Numbered from the stretch's first letter, positions 38,046-52,561 are shown. The stretch: 64,000 nucleotides of DNA from Octopus bimaculoides (GCF_001194135.2 NC_068984.1:116951098-117015097), one strand, 5' to 3'. Made by a program: numbers and translations. The notes: generated from the sequence alone by a model not told the origin.

Positions 38046-38624
38046 AAAGGTCAAAGAAAATTATAAAGTGAGCGTGGACGAATATATCACGTATACCGCC
38101 TATGACAATAGCTAAAAGTATGACGCATATTTTAATGATTTTTCGATCGATAGGAAATTTATTTCGATGAATTAAACTAATATTTCTGATGATCTTTATT
38201 TTGTCCAGCAGCCTAACTTTAAATTGTTTGAATAATCGGTAGCGTGAAACCAACCTTGTTTGTAGTTCAAGAAACTTCAGCTTCAAATGAAAATAACAAA
38301 CTCTATATATTGAGTATTCCCTTCCCCAATTATTTTTTAAAAAAGAAGGAAAAGCATATACACACAGTGTAGTCGACTAGTTGTGTGTACGTTTTCAGTT
38401 GACCCAAATGACTTCTTAAAATTCTACCTTATACAGGTTTTATTGTTCGTAATCATTATTTGCGTGATCCAATGAGTAATACATTCATGTCATTTTCATC
38501 TCCCTCGTTCTTTCTTTCTTTCTTTCTGTCTGTCTGTCTGCTTCATTATGTTTGATTTATTCTTTGACTCATTGTATATTTTCTGTACGACTTAGAAAAA
38601 TGCATAAACAAAACAGACTCTCTC

Positions 38625-38628
38625 TCTT

Positions 38629-38714
<86 letters not shown>
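38625..38714. repeat. (CT)n microsatellite
   Basis: Direct reading. Confidence 0.95.
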
Positions 38715-38717
<3 letters not shown>

Positions 38718-40704
38718 TTTGCTCGCTCGTCCTTATTACAGCTCTTTCTGTGTTCCATTTTTGCTAAGGGCACGACTTCTCTCATCAATCGAGCTATTAT
38801 ATTACTTAAACGCATTTTTGTTTTTTTTCTTTGAGCAACTTATCAAGCAGAGATTTGCTCAAAAACGTTTCAAATGTGAGCGTGCCATCTTTTATTTAGG
38901 ACGCTGTTTAAGGACAAGACAGTTACGATCAGGTAGACGTTTGATCTCATAAGGACATAATGTAATCGTAGATTAAATACTAACTGACGTAACATATTCC
39001 CTTTAATACGATGGGGGGGGGGGTAAGCATATGATTAAAGGGAAGATTGGCTTCTGTTTTCCGCAGGTCGCGTAAAAACTTACAGCTCCCTCTCCTGAGC
39101 ATTTTGTTTAATTTGTTTTTGTTGATGAGCTATGATTGCAAACGCATATCCTTCAAAGTGGGAGGTAGTAATCCGGCTATTGTCCCCTGATAAACTGTTT
39201 TGATGATCGATGTTACTATCATCACGGAGCTTGAGATCCATGCATAGTCTTCTGCTCATATAGGCTCATCGTTACATCTGATGATATATTGTGTTAGAGT
39301 CGTGCAACTTCTTTAGGCATGTATTCTTGGTTATCAGACAAAGAGTGTTGCTGAAAGAGCTGCCTTCCAAGTCTTATGATGTCATCAGCCTGCAAACTTG
39401 GTCAAGCCTGCAAACTTCGACGCTTGGTGGTTAAAAGATGTTGCCGAAGGGATATGATGCGACATTCAAAGGCATTTGGGATCGATGTTAAGCCGCCTTG
39501 TTTACGTTTTAGATAGAGGCGGTCTTCGCCACTGTTTATGTGGAAATTATGTGTACTTGTTAGTATTTTTTGGGCTTTCACATCGTATGTATGTATGTAT
39601 GTATGTATGTATGTATGTCAGTCATTATTCAGTTTTATCTCAAGATTTCTTGCCAATAAAGATCTAACCTAGATCCAAGGCTCCTTCATTGGAAATTCAA
39701 AACCATCAACAGAATATGTATGTATGTATATGTGCAGATTTGTGTTTCGTTTATGTATGTATTCTCATGCATATAGTTGCATGTCTGGACATGCTTATGT
39801 ATGTGTGTCTTTTGCCTCTGTGTTTGTCCCCCACTACCTTTTGAGATTTGGTATTTGTGAGTTTATGCCAATCTTACGCATTTTTTTAAAAAGTATATAC
39901 CAACGGAACGCACTTAACCATTAATTTTTCCTTTTTCTGTCCGGGGGATATTCCAGATTTTGCTTACAGTGAATGGCATGTAACTCTTATGACTCTCTAA
40001 CTTATTTGAACATTTTTACATTTTATCCACTATTTCAAAAAGAAGAGTTTATCTTTGTGTCCCACAGGATGGGAACCGCTGTGTGAGACTAAGTTATTCA
40101 GTTCATCTTGCCCTCTTTTTCTTTTTCGTTCTTTGTTTTTTTGTTTTTTTTTTAATGTTTGATTTAGAGAGGAAAGGACAATGCCGATGATCCTTTTCAG
40201 AGTATTTGAGACTGGTGTGAAGGTCTGTATTCTTGGACTAGTATCCTTACCCAAATGCTTGGTTTCAACAGAACCAGAGGCGGTGTTAAACCAAGTAACA
40301 GATTAAGTCTGGCCTCATTTCCAAAAATAACAAAGTTTATACTATGTTAATGGGGGTCTGAGGTCAGAAGGAAATCAGAAATGTTTCCGGAGATGTTTAC
40401 GTATAAAAATGAAACAATATTAATCATTGATTGATGATGTTTGTTTTTCCTTCACTGTTTAATTATAACTAATTAGCTAATGCTGGGAACATTTAAAAAC
40501 ATTAGGTGTGTAACACTAACTTATCTGCAACTATTAACATTGCATCTAGTCAGAATAAAAACAATCTCCACTAATGTGTGCGCGAGCGTTTGATAGGACA
40601 TCCGTTTCTCGTTAGCTAATGCCGGGAACATTAACACTCTAATTGCAACTGCTAACATTGCGTCTACTCAGAATTATGTATGTATGTATGTGAGAGAGAG
40701 AGCG

Positions 40705-40905
40705 AGGTTTCAAATTTTGGCACAAGGTCAGCAATTTTAGAGGAGGAATAAGTCGATACCATGGACCCCAGAGTTCAACTGGGACGTATTTTATCGACCA
40801 CGAAAGGATGAAAGCAAAGTCGACCTCGGCGGAATTTGAATTGAGAACGTAAAGACAGACATTTTACCCGGCGTGCTAATGAGTATACCAACTCGCCGCC
40901 TTAAA
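40705..40905 (-). mobile_element. Family C Meta-like SINE
   Basis: aaagcaaagtcgacctcggcggaatttgaa..ctcgccgcctt. Confidence 0.85.
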
Positions 40906-42150
40906 AAAAAATAAAACAAAACAAGGTATCATTATCCCTCATAAATGTGTGTGCATGGATATGTGATAGAAAATCATTTCTGCTTAGTGACCTGCTTGGT
41001 AAAAAGTTTTCAGGGTTATCCGTTAAGGGTAACACTAAACTGAATGTTCCTCAAAGAGGACTTGAAGTCAGCATAGCCAACTTATGACATAGTCCAGTAA
41101 TTCCTGAAGTTTTGGGGGTTGCTGCCCCCTTGGCACCCAAGTGATATTCTCAGCGCCGACGACGACCACCACCACCACCACCCCTCATCCTCATAAACGG
41201 AGACCATTTTCTGAAACAAATTCAAAACAACCTTATTTCACAAATAAAACTTTAACCTAATAAACCCATTATTAACACATCCATCACCCCCGTGTAGCCA
41301 CGCCATTATCGCCTCACTTTTGTTCAACGCCCCCCTCCCCCCGGAATCATTTCACTCCTCCCAGGGGAGGGGGCAGTAACACCCACTTTGGGAACCACCG
41401 ACATAGACGATCATTAGAGTGTATAGTCGAAACCAACTGATATTCTAAGCACGCAGCCCGATAACGGTACCCTTTCGGCTTTTTTTTTAAACCTTAAATA
41501 ACCTTTGTTTTTCACGTTTCTGCTCTGTCATGACCACTGCCACGTGGCTGAAAAGTATCAAGACAATTTGCCAACGAACTCCGGAACCATTTAACCACAG
41601 TGCGCGTACGTTGTGTGTGTATTTTTACTTTCCATCAAGTACATCATTAATTTAATATTTAATCTCCAGACGTAATCAGAACGTCTATGAACCGAGTTGT
41701 TTGTTCTTCCGATTTTTCTTTCTTTCATTCTTTTTTTCATTCTTTTTTTTTTTTTTAATCTTTCTCTTAACTGTAAGGAAACACTTGTTTTAATGGTAGT
41801 CGGGTTTCTTCTGTGTCTATTCCTTAATGGTGGGCAACAATCTAATTAGAAATTTGAATGTTGCGAGGGTGTGATGGGGACAAAGAACCTTAGAGAGCAG
41901 AGGTGCTTGCCACTTAATATTTTGTGGTGGTTTGTTTTCTAACGAACCCGATGAATCGGAAATGTCGTTCTCGAGGTCGTTCAGCAGATGTCATGAAATA
42001 CGGGGATGAAAGTGTAAACACTTCAAGAGTCAATATCCATCTGAGTCGCTGTTGGTGGCGTTGTTGTACTGAAAATACAACAAAAAAATAGTACAGTAAC
42101 GGAAAAGAATTAGAATCAGTTGGTTATAACCTATCTACCTATCTATCTAT

Positions 42151-42195
<45 letters not shown>

Positions 42196-43355
42196 AGAAA
42201 GATAAATAAAAGAATATAAAAAAATTATCGTTTCCGTTAAGAAAGGAGAGAAAATAGGGTACAGGTGGAAACATTAGCTGTTTAGTTGTTTCCTGTNNNN
42301 NNNNNNNNNNNNNNNNNNNNNNNNNNNNNNNNNNNNNNNNNNNNNNNNNNNNNNNNNNNNNNNNNNNNNNNNNNNNNNNNNNNNNNNNNNNNNNNNNNNN
42401 NNNNNNNNNNNNNNNNNNNNNNNNNNNNNNNNNNNNNNNNNNNNNNNNNNNNNGCATCTTTAAGCTTTGAACATGGTGGTTCAAATATATAAAGAAAAGG
42501 CTTTTTTCATTTTAAATTTGCTTTAACCCTAACCTTAGGGTTAGGGTTAATTGTTTCAGAATCGTTTGTTTATGTAGTCGGCACTTAATGTATATCGGCT
42601 GAATGGACGTCAGTGATTGGTTGAAATTACAGAAATACGACAACTTTAACATGAAATAATTTATGGATTTCTTTTTTTTTAAAGAAGACTAAGAGAAAAA
42701 GATGTTTTATATGACACATTCTACCAGTGTTCCAAGTTTCAAAGTGTTTCGTTAATGAAAAATGTGGCCCCCGTTTTAAAAAAGATCCGAAAATGGTGAA
42801 GGTGAAAACTTGTGGGGCGGAAGAGGCGGGGGTGAGGTGAGGATTTTAAAAAAATCACTGTTTTTCTTTTTAATCTTACAAAATTTACGAATGTGTCGTG
42901 ATCTGAAGCTTATGGAGAGAGAGAGAGAGAGAGAGAACAAGACTAAACGAGCTATTAATATAGTTGTTTCGCCCTCGCTTGGCTTTGGTTAAGTTGAAAC
43001 ATTCGTTCTAATTTTGGCACAATGCCCGCAGTTTCGAGGTGAGAGCGAAGTCGATTATGTCGTTTCCAGTGCTCATTTGGTATTATTTTATCGTGTCCAA
43101 ACTACGAAAGGCAAGATCGATCTCGGCGGCATTTGAACTCAGGATGTAAAGATCTGGAAAAAATTCCGTTAAACATTTTGTTCGACGTGTTAACAATTCT
43201 GCTAGCTCGCGACGATCGCTCGGGTTCAACAATGATCAAAGAAGTTCGGCCATGATTAAATCGTCTTTTTTTTTTGTATACAGGACTGCACTCTTCAGTT
43301 TGACCCCTTTTGCTTTGTTGTTCCAACTCTCACTGGAGTCAACTTTGATTTAGAT

Positions 43356-45365
43356 CAGTAGTTCTCAAGGGGTGTGCCCGAGCGCACCAGTGCACCGAGA
43401 GACATGCTTAGGTGTGCCCACGAAATTTTAAAATCTCGGTAGATATTTGTAATGATAAAAAAATTTTAAAAAATGAATTTATAGTACATTATATCATCAG
43501 TTCAGCACTGAAATCTTCTTTACGGCAGATCATTATTATTATGTTAAGAGCGGGAAGAAATCCAGCAAGGAACAGCCGGTTGCCCGGAAGAAGGTTTTAT
43601 ACACGTTGTAAATTTGTTCTAACAAGGCTACGCTGTAGTGTAGCGGTGACAGTAACAGTAATAGGTTCTGTTAGTGGAAGTGTTATGATAAATAGTGCAA
43701 CGTTTTCTCGTGATACATATTCCTATCACTGATATACCTATCCACCCATCTAAAACTTTAAACACTTAATGGAATTTTAGACTATTGTAGTGTTATATTT
43801 GTTAAAAGTAAACGATAGATAAAAGCTTCAGATAAATATACAATAATACACACGTACAAATTAATAGATAACTAAAACAGAAACGTGAATGTGATTCCGG
43901 AAGTGAACATGGCGGAAACAGTTTCAGTAAGAGAGCCAAAGCGCGAGCCATTGCTCGCAAATACGACGAAAGTTATTTAGGATTTGGTTTTTATTGGACT
44001 GGAAACATTGATGATCCTTTGCCGCTATATATGTGGATGTAAAATGTCAAACGAATCATTGGTTCCTAATAAACTGATCAAGCATTTTAAAACCAAGCAC
44101 TCATTTACAAAGTAAATCTGTAAGTTATTTCAAAAGATTGTTAGAACACCAGACGATAGCTGGAACTGAAAAAGCTCAAACCGCTTCTTACGAGGTTTCA
44201 GAACTGATAGCACAAAATTTGAAAGTTCATGCTTTAGGCGAGTCACTCATTTTGCCTGCGTGTAAGAAGATTGTGAAGACAATGCTGGGAAATGAGGCAG
44301 CAAAAGAAATAAAATAACATCTTTCTATCCAACGATACTGATGTATTCTAGAAATAACATCTAAGAGATGTCGAGAAAAATGTTTGTTGTAATAAGTTTT
44401 AGTATTCAGATATTGCATTACAAATTGATGAGTCAACAAACAATGCCAGCAAAGCGCAGCTCTTAGCATTTATTCGTTTTGTTGATGAAGATCAAATTGT
44501 AAATCAGTTTCTTTTTTGCAAAGAATTAAGTGCGACTACAAAGGGCGAAGATGTTTTCAACATTTTGAATAATTACCTGTGTGTGCACAAAAAAAATATC
44601 ATCGAAGTCGTGTGTCGGCATTTGTACAGATGGAGCTCCATCAATGTTTGGCTACGTTAAGAGCCTTACAGTCTTTGTAAAAAGGCAAAATGAAAATGTC
44701 GTCATAACTTAGTGCTTTCTTCATTGATGGCTAAAACATTAGGAGACAAATTAAGAGAAGTTTTGAATCAAGCTGTTGAGATTGTAAATTATATAAAAAC
44801 AAGACCAGTAAAGCCACATTTATTCGAGCAATTTTTTTATCGATATGGATTCAAAACAGACACCTGCTTTTACACACAGGTGAGGTGGCTTTCAAAGGGT
44901 AAAGTACTTAATCGTGTATATGAACTACGACACTTTTGTGAGCTCCTTTGATGTAAATTCTGGATTAGCAGATTAGTGTATTTGGCTTATATATTTCGGC
45001 ACCTCAATATTTTGAATACTAGCGTGCAAGGAAATGAAGAAAGTATTTTGACATATACTGATAAAATGAAAGCATTTCAGAAGAAAAATCTACTTTTCTG
45101 GAAGAAAAGAACTTCTGAGGGTAATTTGGAAATGTTTCCATTGATAAGTAGAACTTGCATAAATGATATCTTCCCGTTAATACTTGAACATTTGACAAAT
45201 TTGGAAGATAAATTAAGTTATTATTTCCCATTACTTAACTCTGAACAATACGCTTGGATTCGAAATTCATTCATAGAAATTTCAGATGATGCTAGTTTAA
45301 CATTAACCGAAGAAGACGAACTAGCAGCTATATCCATCGATGGTGGATTGAAAATTGTCGAATAG
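43356..45365 (+). mobile_element. hAT (Charlie/Buster-type) transposon, transposase pseudogene, 3'-truncated
   Basis: Left end CAGTAGTTCTCAA after atttagat; ATG 43909; ARKYDESYLGFGF, MSNESLVPNKLIKHFKTKH (BED-like), LQIDEST, CTDGAP, TQVRWLSKG, AYIFRHLNILNTSVQG; many frameshifts. Confidence 0.92.
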
Positions 45366-45550
45366 AAAGTTTTGGTAGTTTGGCCTACAGTCTGTTAGAT
45401 ACCAACTTTGCGAAAGAAGAGTTTTTGAGTGGTTAAGAACACAGAACGAAAGGGTGAGAGTATACATCACCTGGTTTAGGTGAAGGTAACATAGAACAGG
45501 TTTAGAGACGCAGAGATCCTTATGGTGTTAGTGGAGTAGAGAACGTGATA
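45366..45550 (-). mobile_element. Possible CR1/L2-type LINE 3' fragment truncating the hAT
   Basis: Minus strand NSSFAKLVSNRL*AKLP weakly resembles NSFFPRTxRLWNxLP. Confidence 0.3.
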
Positions 45551-47477
45551 GTGGGTACGATATGATGGTGATCCTGATTTTTATAGAATGTTGTTTGTAC
45601 TGTTTAAATAAAGGGTTTATGTTCTGGGCATTTGTAAACAGCAGCTGTTTCCGACTCTGTAGCATGAAATCCACACCTTGTGATAAAGCTTTGCACGTTT
45701 TTTTTTTNNNNNNNNNNNNNNNNNNNNNNNNNNNNNNNNGGGGGGGGGGGGCAGGTGTTCTTTTTGGTTTTTGATTACATTGAAAATTGATATGTTGATA
45801 CTAGTTGTATTTTTTATTTATTTTTCAACTGTGTTTTTCGATTTTGTTAATACTAATGATAGTAAACAGCTTTCAAAATTTTTCGACTCTTTTTCTGTTT
45901 ATTCTTTTTTTTTATGTGGAAAGAAGACCGTGGATCCTATGCTTAAAAATATGGAAATTACAATTCTTTAATTTTTATTTCATTTCAAAATTTCAATGTC
46001 AATTGCTTAGTGTAATTTTCCACTATCAATTTTATGATCGTAAGCCAAAAGAATGTCCGAAATTGAAATCTGATTGTGATCATTGCGAGAAATTATTAGG
46101 GTTTTAATTTTTATTCCTTTCTTTTTTTTTTTCTGGGGGTAGCGTTTTTTTAGGGTCTGTAACGATCAATTGCTCATGAGTGAAATGTTTTCTGAGTTTG
46201 TTTCGTTGGAATGTTATAACAGTTGTTGCTTTGGTCTGATTAAAGTAATCTCTGAGTCGTCAAGGTTGCGTGTTGCATGATGCTTTTCGGGGTTTCCTTG
46301 TTCACGAAGAATTTGCAGAGCTGGTGGTGGACGATGGTGGTTGAAGCTGTGTGTATTTGACACCTGTGAGCAGAGTCGAGGTTTAAAATACCGAGCGGTT
46401 TTATCTGTTGGCAAATCTCTCTCCCGCCTCTTTCTGTGGCAGTTGTTGTATGAAATGGCTGTATTAGCTAATGCATTTGAGGGAAATGGATTGGAGAAAT
46501 TGATTGAATCGTAGAGTATACCAAAGATGTGTAGTATGATTCATAAACTCCAACTCGTCTATGAACACATTCAAGGTTGCACAGATTCCCTCACATTCTT
46601 TTTTGCTTCTGCCCTTTACTCTTACACCAACGTTACTCAAGAAGGTGCGTAGACTCGTACTCACCCGGAATGGGTTTCATTTTATGCTTTTACTTTAAAG
46701 ATATAAAGATATTAATTTATGAGATCTTAAAACACGTTGTGTGTGTGTGTAAGTGAGAGAGAGAGCTTAGTGTTTGATTATTTATATTTATCTTTTCGTA
46801 ATTTGTTAGTAACCATCTAGCTACTTGGCTTTGAGAGCTGTTTAGTTGCTGTCAAAATAACTGGAGCTAGTTGGCTGGCTGGTGTTTTGAGCTTTGTGGA
46901 AAAGATACAGTTAGCTTTCAATGAAAATAATCCTGCGAAGATATCTTTTAATGTTGAATCAGAAGTATATGCACTCAGATACATTTTATTTTGTTCGTTA
47001 TTTTACTATGCTCGCATATAATTTTATATTCACACTGCTTTCTCTTAGTCAGAGAGAGGTAGAAAGACAGACGGAGATGGGAGCTATTTCAAGGATAGAT
47101 CTGTTATCTCCCTCTACCTCTCTCTATGTATGTATGTATAACACACACACACACACACACACATACAGAGTCTAATTTCAAGTTTTAATACTACAGAGAT
47201 TGGTTTTGCTCTTCTGCGTTAAGGACGATGAGCTTCATAATCCGTTGAAATAAGATAAAAGCTTGTGCCCTGAGAAGTGAGATTCGAAGTTACCAGCGGG
47301 GCGGGGCTATTTCTTCAAAGAAAATCTGCTGCGATATATTTGTCCAACTCTCTTCTCTCATTTTAAGAGGGTAGAGAATACCTTGAAAGAGATTTGGTAG
47401 CAAGAGAGTTGCTAGCATGACAAGCAAGTGGAAGGCTTAAAATTGTTCAGATGCTATAAGAATGATTGGTTAAATAC

Positions 47478-47629
47478 TCTTTTTACTCTTTTACTTGTTT
47501 NNNNNNNNNNTTGTAAGCCGAGTACTTATTCTATCGGTCTCTTTTTGCCGAACCGCTAAGTTACGGGAACGTAAACACACCAGCATCGGTTGTCAAGCGA
47601 TGGTGGTGGGGTGACAAACACACACACAA

Positions 47630-47668
<39 letters not shown>

Positions 47669-47816
47669 CGACGGGCTTCTTTCAGTTTCCGTCTACCAAA
47701 CCCACTCACAAGGCTTTGGTCGGCCCGAGGCTATAGTAGAAGACACTTGCCCAAGGTGCTACGCAGTGGGACTCAACCCGGAACCATGTGGTTACCGCAC
47801 AGCCACTCCTGCGCCT
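47478..47816 (-). mobile_element. SINE family A spanning a 10-N gap
   Basis: Near-consensus, small head deletion. Confidence 0.88.
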
Positions 47817-47963
47817 ATGTTTTACATTATTTAATTCCATTGCTGTATGTTCTGAGTCCAGATGTTCCTTGGACAGGATGTGAGAAGGGGGAGAGAGACC
47901 TAAACAATAAATACCAGTAATATCATGGTTATCTCCCTTAGTTACTATTTTATTTACGTAGAG

Positions 47964-48213
47964 CAGTAGTTCTCAATCGGTGACCTTATGGCCCTTGATG
48001 GTCCATATACGATTTGGTTAGAATTTATCTGCAATAAATTGCTCGTATTTCTGCAATACACAAAATATTTTAACAATTTTTTAAATACAATTCCTAATAA
48101 TGTTTAATTATAAAAATATAATAGGATTTAAAAACATCGAGTGGCTATGAGGTTCCACCTGAGTAAAATAGGAATGAAAGGGTCCGTGGGTAACAAATGA
48201 TTCAAAACCACCA
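47964..48213. mobile_element. hAT MITE related to 24581-24902
   Basis: cagtagttctcaatc start; shared aaacatcga..ggtcc/tcca..aaaatag motifs. Confidence 0.65.
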
Positions 48214-50509
48214 GTGTTCAGGGTTACTTGTCATACGACAAGTAATGTTTGGAACCTACGTTTATTGGAGCTACTTTAGCATGCACTCTACTGCAGTATA
48301 AGCAGTCTGTGTTGTGAAATGACTTGGTTTGCCTACTGAGAGCTCAACACGTTTTGTGATCTTTCATGGTAAAAATTTATTACCTGTGATTACTCCTTTC
48401 TTTCTATGCTTCTGATCTGAGTGCTCCTGACTGGTGTGGATAAAAGATCAATAGATCTAACATCCACATTAGTATCCACCACAAATTGAAGCAGATATAT
48501 TATCTATGTAACACGTTCTAGCCACTGCAATGCTGTTTTAAGATTTTTTTAATGTATCATTTTAAACAGCGGAAACAACAGTTCCATTTTTATGGGAAAG
48601 CAATCTTCTGGATGTATCACAAGAAACAGATCCTTGTTATCAATGTAGTAGTGTAGTGAAAGCAAAACAAAAACATAATAGAGGTGGGGAATAAAGACCT
48701 GTACTGCATTGTCATTAATAATAAATCATTATTCAACTTGTTTTTATTATCCTGCAATTTAAAGTTCTTATAGTGGAGGTAGGCAGCACACTGAAGTGAG
48801 GAAGGGAAGATAGACCACACACTAAATTGGTACCCATTTATCATTGTTGAGCAGTATCGGGTAATGTTACATGTAATGAAATTAATTGATTATTAAGCAG
48901 TTTTATTGTTATCAGTAATATATTGATTGCACATATACAATAAGAGATGTGTTTATATTTTAATTTAATAAATATTTTTATTAGAAAAATTACTATTCAT
49001 TTCACTTGTATTCATCCACCATAAAATTTGAAAAACCAATATTATAATTATAATTATTGTATCTATGCAATATTATTACCTGGAGTGGCAAACTCTATAC
49101 TCCCACTGTTACCTTTTATATATCAGGTAGCACTCTAGTATAACTATATTGAATGCTGGAAAGGAGGATAAAGACAGTGGGAAGGGGACAGATTCAGTTC
49201 AAAGGAATTGGGCTGTTGCATTGATTAGCTGTGATTTTTCATGTCTTTTGCAAAGGCTAAATTTGTGTGAACATCAAGGTTCACTCCATTTCATCTTTAC
49301 TGCAAAATTCCCAAGAACTATTTATGCCAAATGTAAGAAACTATTAACAACTATTGTTGTAATGGCACAATGACTGGCAGAGCGCTTACAGAAACTGCAA
49401 ATTTTGATGTATTCCATGAATTTTGTAAGCATATTTCGATTGCGCATCTGTCTCATTATTTCTAACCTTCTACACATTTCACTCGCTCTCCTTCCTCTTC
49501 CCCCCCCCTCTATTTTCCGCTTTGTTTCTCATCTACCCCCATCTCCCTCTACTCCTTTACCCATTTACTCTCCCCTTCTTTTGTGTGCGTGCGTGCATAC
49601 ATGTGTACCTATGTGCGTGTGTGTGTGTGTGTGTATATATATATGTAATCTCGTTCAGCTGCCATCTTGTATTCTCTGTATGTGATTATTTGAAGCATTG
49701 TTGCTGAAAGCTCTCACATCTTTCATCTTAAGTGGTTCCAACTGCTTTTGAAAGAAAGTTGTTGCATCGAAATCTAAAACATCCTCACATGTTATTGTTC
49801 TGGTTCCCACTTTGTAATAACACAACTAGATTTATTGCAATTGCAACAAGCAACTTTCATTCTCATCTTTCCTTTGCACTTCTGTCAGTTGTTGCAGGTA
49901 TTGTTTAGCCCAGGTCAGCCCTATTCCAGTAGACCTGTGATCAAAGGTGTTGCAACAATGTTCATCTTTTATTCAATTGCATTCTATGTAGGAGCACACC
50001 TTTCACCAACCTGTCCTTCCTTTATAAGGCAATAGGATATGATTTCATGGGGATTTAGCTGTCTAGCTTGTGGAGTGTTGGCAAAGAGATTCCTTCATTG
50101 GCTCATCTAGTAAATGTTCGTGTTACTACTGTTAGGGTCCTCGTTGTCTCTGTCTAGTTATATCACTTCATTGCTGACATTCATTGATATTGAGACATGT
50201 AAGTCTGGCTGGCAAAATAGCATCATCATCATCATCATTTTGTGAGTGTTCACCTTATTCTCCTCGCATAGGTCAGTTGAGATTCTTTGAGGCAGTATTT
50301 CTACAGCTGTATGCTCTTCCTTTCATCAACTCTCACTTTTCCCAAGTAAGAATGTTTCCCCCTTATACTTTGAATGCAAACAGTACAGTGACAAGTCATG
50401 ATTTCACTAAAGATTGCAAAAGAATAACATCATTTTGCATTTATAGTGACATCTGTTTTCAGCTTGTGTGTGATTTCAAGACAAGGAGGCATGGCATACA
50501 TACACACAC

Positions 50510-50541
<32 letters not shown>

Positions 50542-52470
50542 GTGGAGAGAGAGAGAGGCTTTCAATCTTCATTTACTAAATCCATGCAAAAAGCTTTGGT
50601 TACCTGGTGCTGTAAGAGAAGACACCTACCCAAGGTGTTGTGCAGTGGAGTTGAACTTGAAATCCTGATAGTGGTTTTTGTATTAAAAAAAAAGAAAAAA
50701 AAAAGAACAAGACAAAGGAAACCAGCAGAAAGTTACCTTTGTATTGTGTGATAAAAGTTCTTTGGAAAGCACTTGGCACATGTCAAGAAAGTGATAACAG
50801 GACATTCATTGACTTGATGGTACAAGAAAGAATTTAATGGAAGCCAAACCATCAGATTAAAGCTATTACAACATAGATACAATCTCCTGTATCTATGTAC
50901 TATATTCAAGTTCTGTCATGGTAAACAAGCTTTACTCTTTATCCTGTTTGTAGTCAATTAAATAGGCATCATTAATATACTGGAGTTGATTGCATTCAAT
51001 TGACTGCATCCCTTCACAGCAAATGTTGGCCTTGCACCTTCACAAAACTAAACTATTATTGGCTGCATGGTTAAGAATTTTGTTTTATAACTACATAGTT
51101 TCTCTTTTAAAACCTATTGTGCAGAACGTTGGACAGGTGTTTTCTACTGTAGCTTTGGGTTGACCAACACCTTGTGAGTGGAATTTGCTTGGTAGAAGCC
51201 TATTTGTGTGCAAGTGTGTATGTGTCTGTCCATGTCTGTGTTTATGTAAAAAAATCAGGGTCATTTTAAAAAGCATTACAATTATAAATTAGTTAAAGTT
51301 ACAGGTTAAAAAAATACTGGAGTCAATATGGTCATCATAGAACTATGAATGCTGTGCCTCGGCATTGTCACAGTCAAATGCCTGAGACTAGTGAAAGAAT
51401 ATATATTGGAAAGTAATGGCAAAGATTTTAATGGACATAATATAAAGCATTCAAGTACTGATTTGAGACACAAGGCTATCAACAAGGCCACCAATCACAC
51501 TTAAACATGTCTCAATTACTAGATAGATGTATTGTTGATTGCTTCTGCAATTCCACTTTAAAATTAAATCTTATTAATGTTACTACTATAGAACTAGCAC
51601 TTCTACTACCAAAAGTATTTATTTTACTTGGTTTCCCAGTAAAAATATTGTATCTATCTTTCTCCATGTCTGTTATCCATCCATCTCTCTGTCTCTAGTT
51701 AGCCATCCATCCATCCATCACTATTTATCCATCTGTCCATCCATCTACCCATCTCTATTTATGTGTCCATTCATCCTTCTCTAACACCCACCCACCCATC
51801 TCTATTTAGCTATTTAATCTGCTTATCCTGATCTAGCTATCTGGAAATAAGCTAACAGCCATAGCTTGAATTTCCTTACTCATAGTTTATGCTTACTATT
51901 CTATATATTTACTGAAAGCTATCGTCTTGTTTATTGCATTCTGTATTATTAAGTACATTTTGCAAAATGTCTTCTCCCAAAGAAATAATTCCAATAAAAA
52001 AAAAACAAAAAAACATCCACTTCTTTGTCATTTTCTACATTACCATTATTATTATAAACAAACCATTGTGTTGTTGTGTAAAGTAATTTTCTTTTCCATT
52101 TCTGTTTTTAAACCACATTGAAACAAGGATTATGTTTATGACAAGCAGCATATTTTTGCATTAGCAAATCATATATATGTGCAAATCAGAAGATTCTTAT
52201 TCAGATATATTCATTATGGCAATTCACATTCCTTAAGGATGTTCTATTGATAACTTTTATATGTATTATAACTTGATAAATGATTAATATCTCATTGAAG
52301 AAAACCAGCTTGGTTTGTGAATGCTGACTCACTCTGAATTATTCAACAGTTGCCTTTCCTGTTATGAACAGTTGTGTGGGTGCATTTATCATGACATCAG
52401 CGCTAGATCCATTGATCTAAATCGTATTTCAATCCCCCCTTTTTTTTAAAGATTTTTGTATTCAAACCCA

Positions 52471-52561
<91 letters not shown>

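Noticed and set aside
46921-47040. ORF with RYFTMLAYNFIF as possible tetraspanin start exon
   Set aside because: Spacing differs from KYxLFxFNxxFW, no Trp, no good donor
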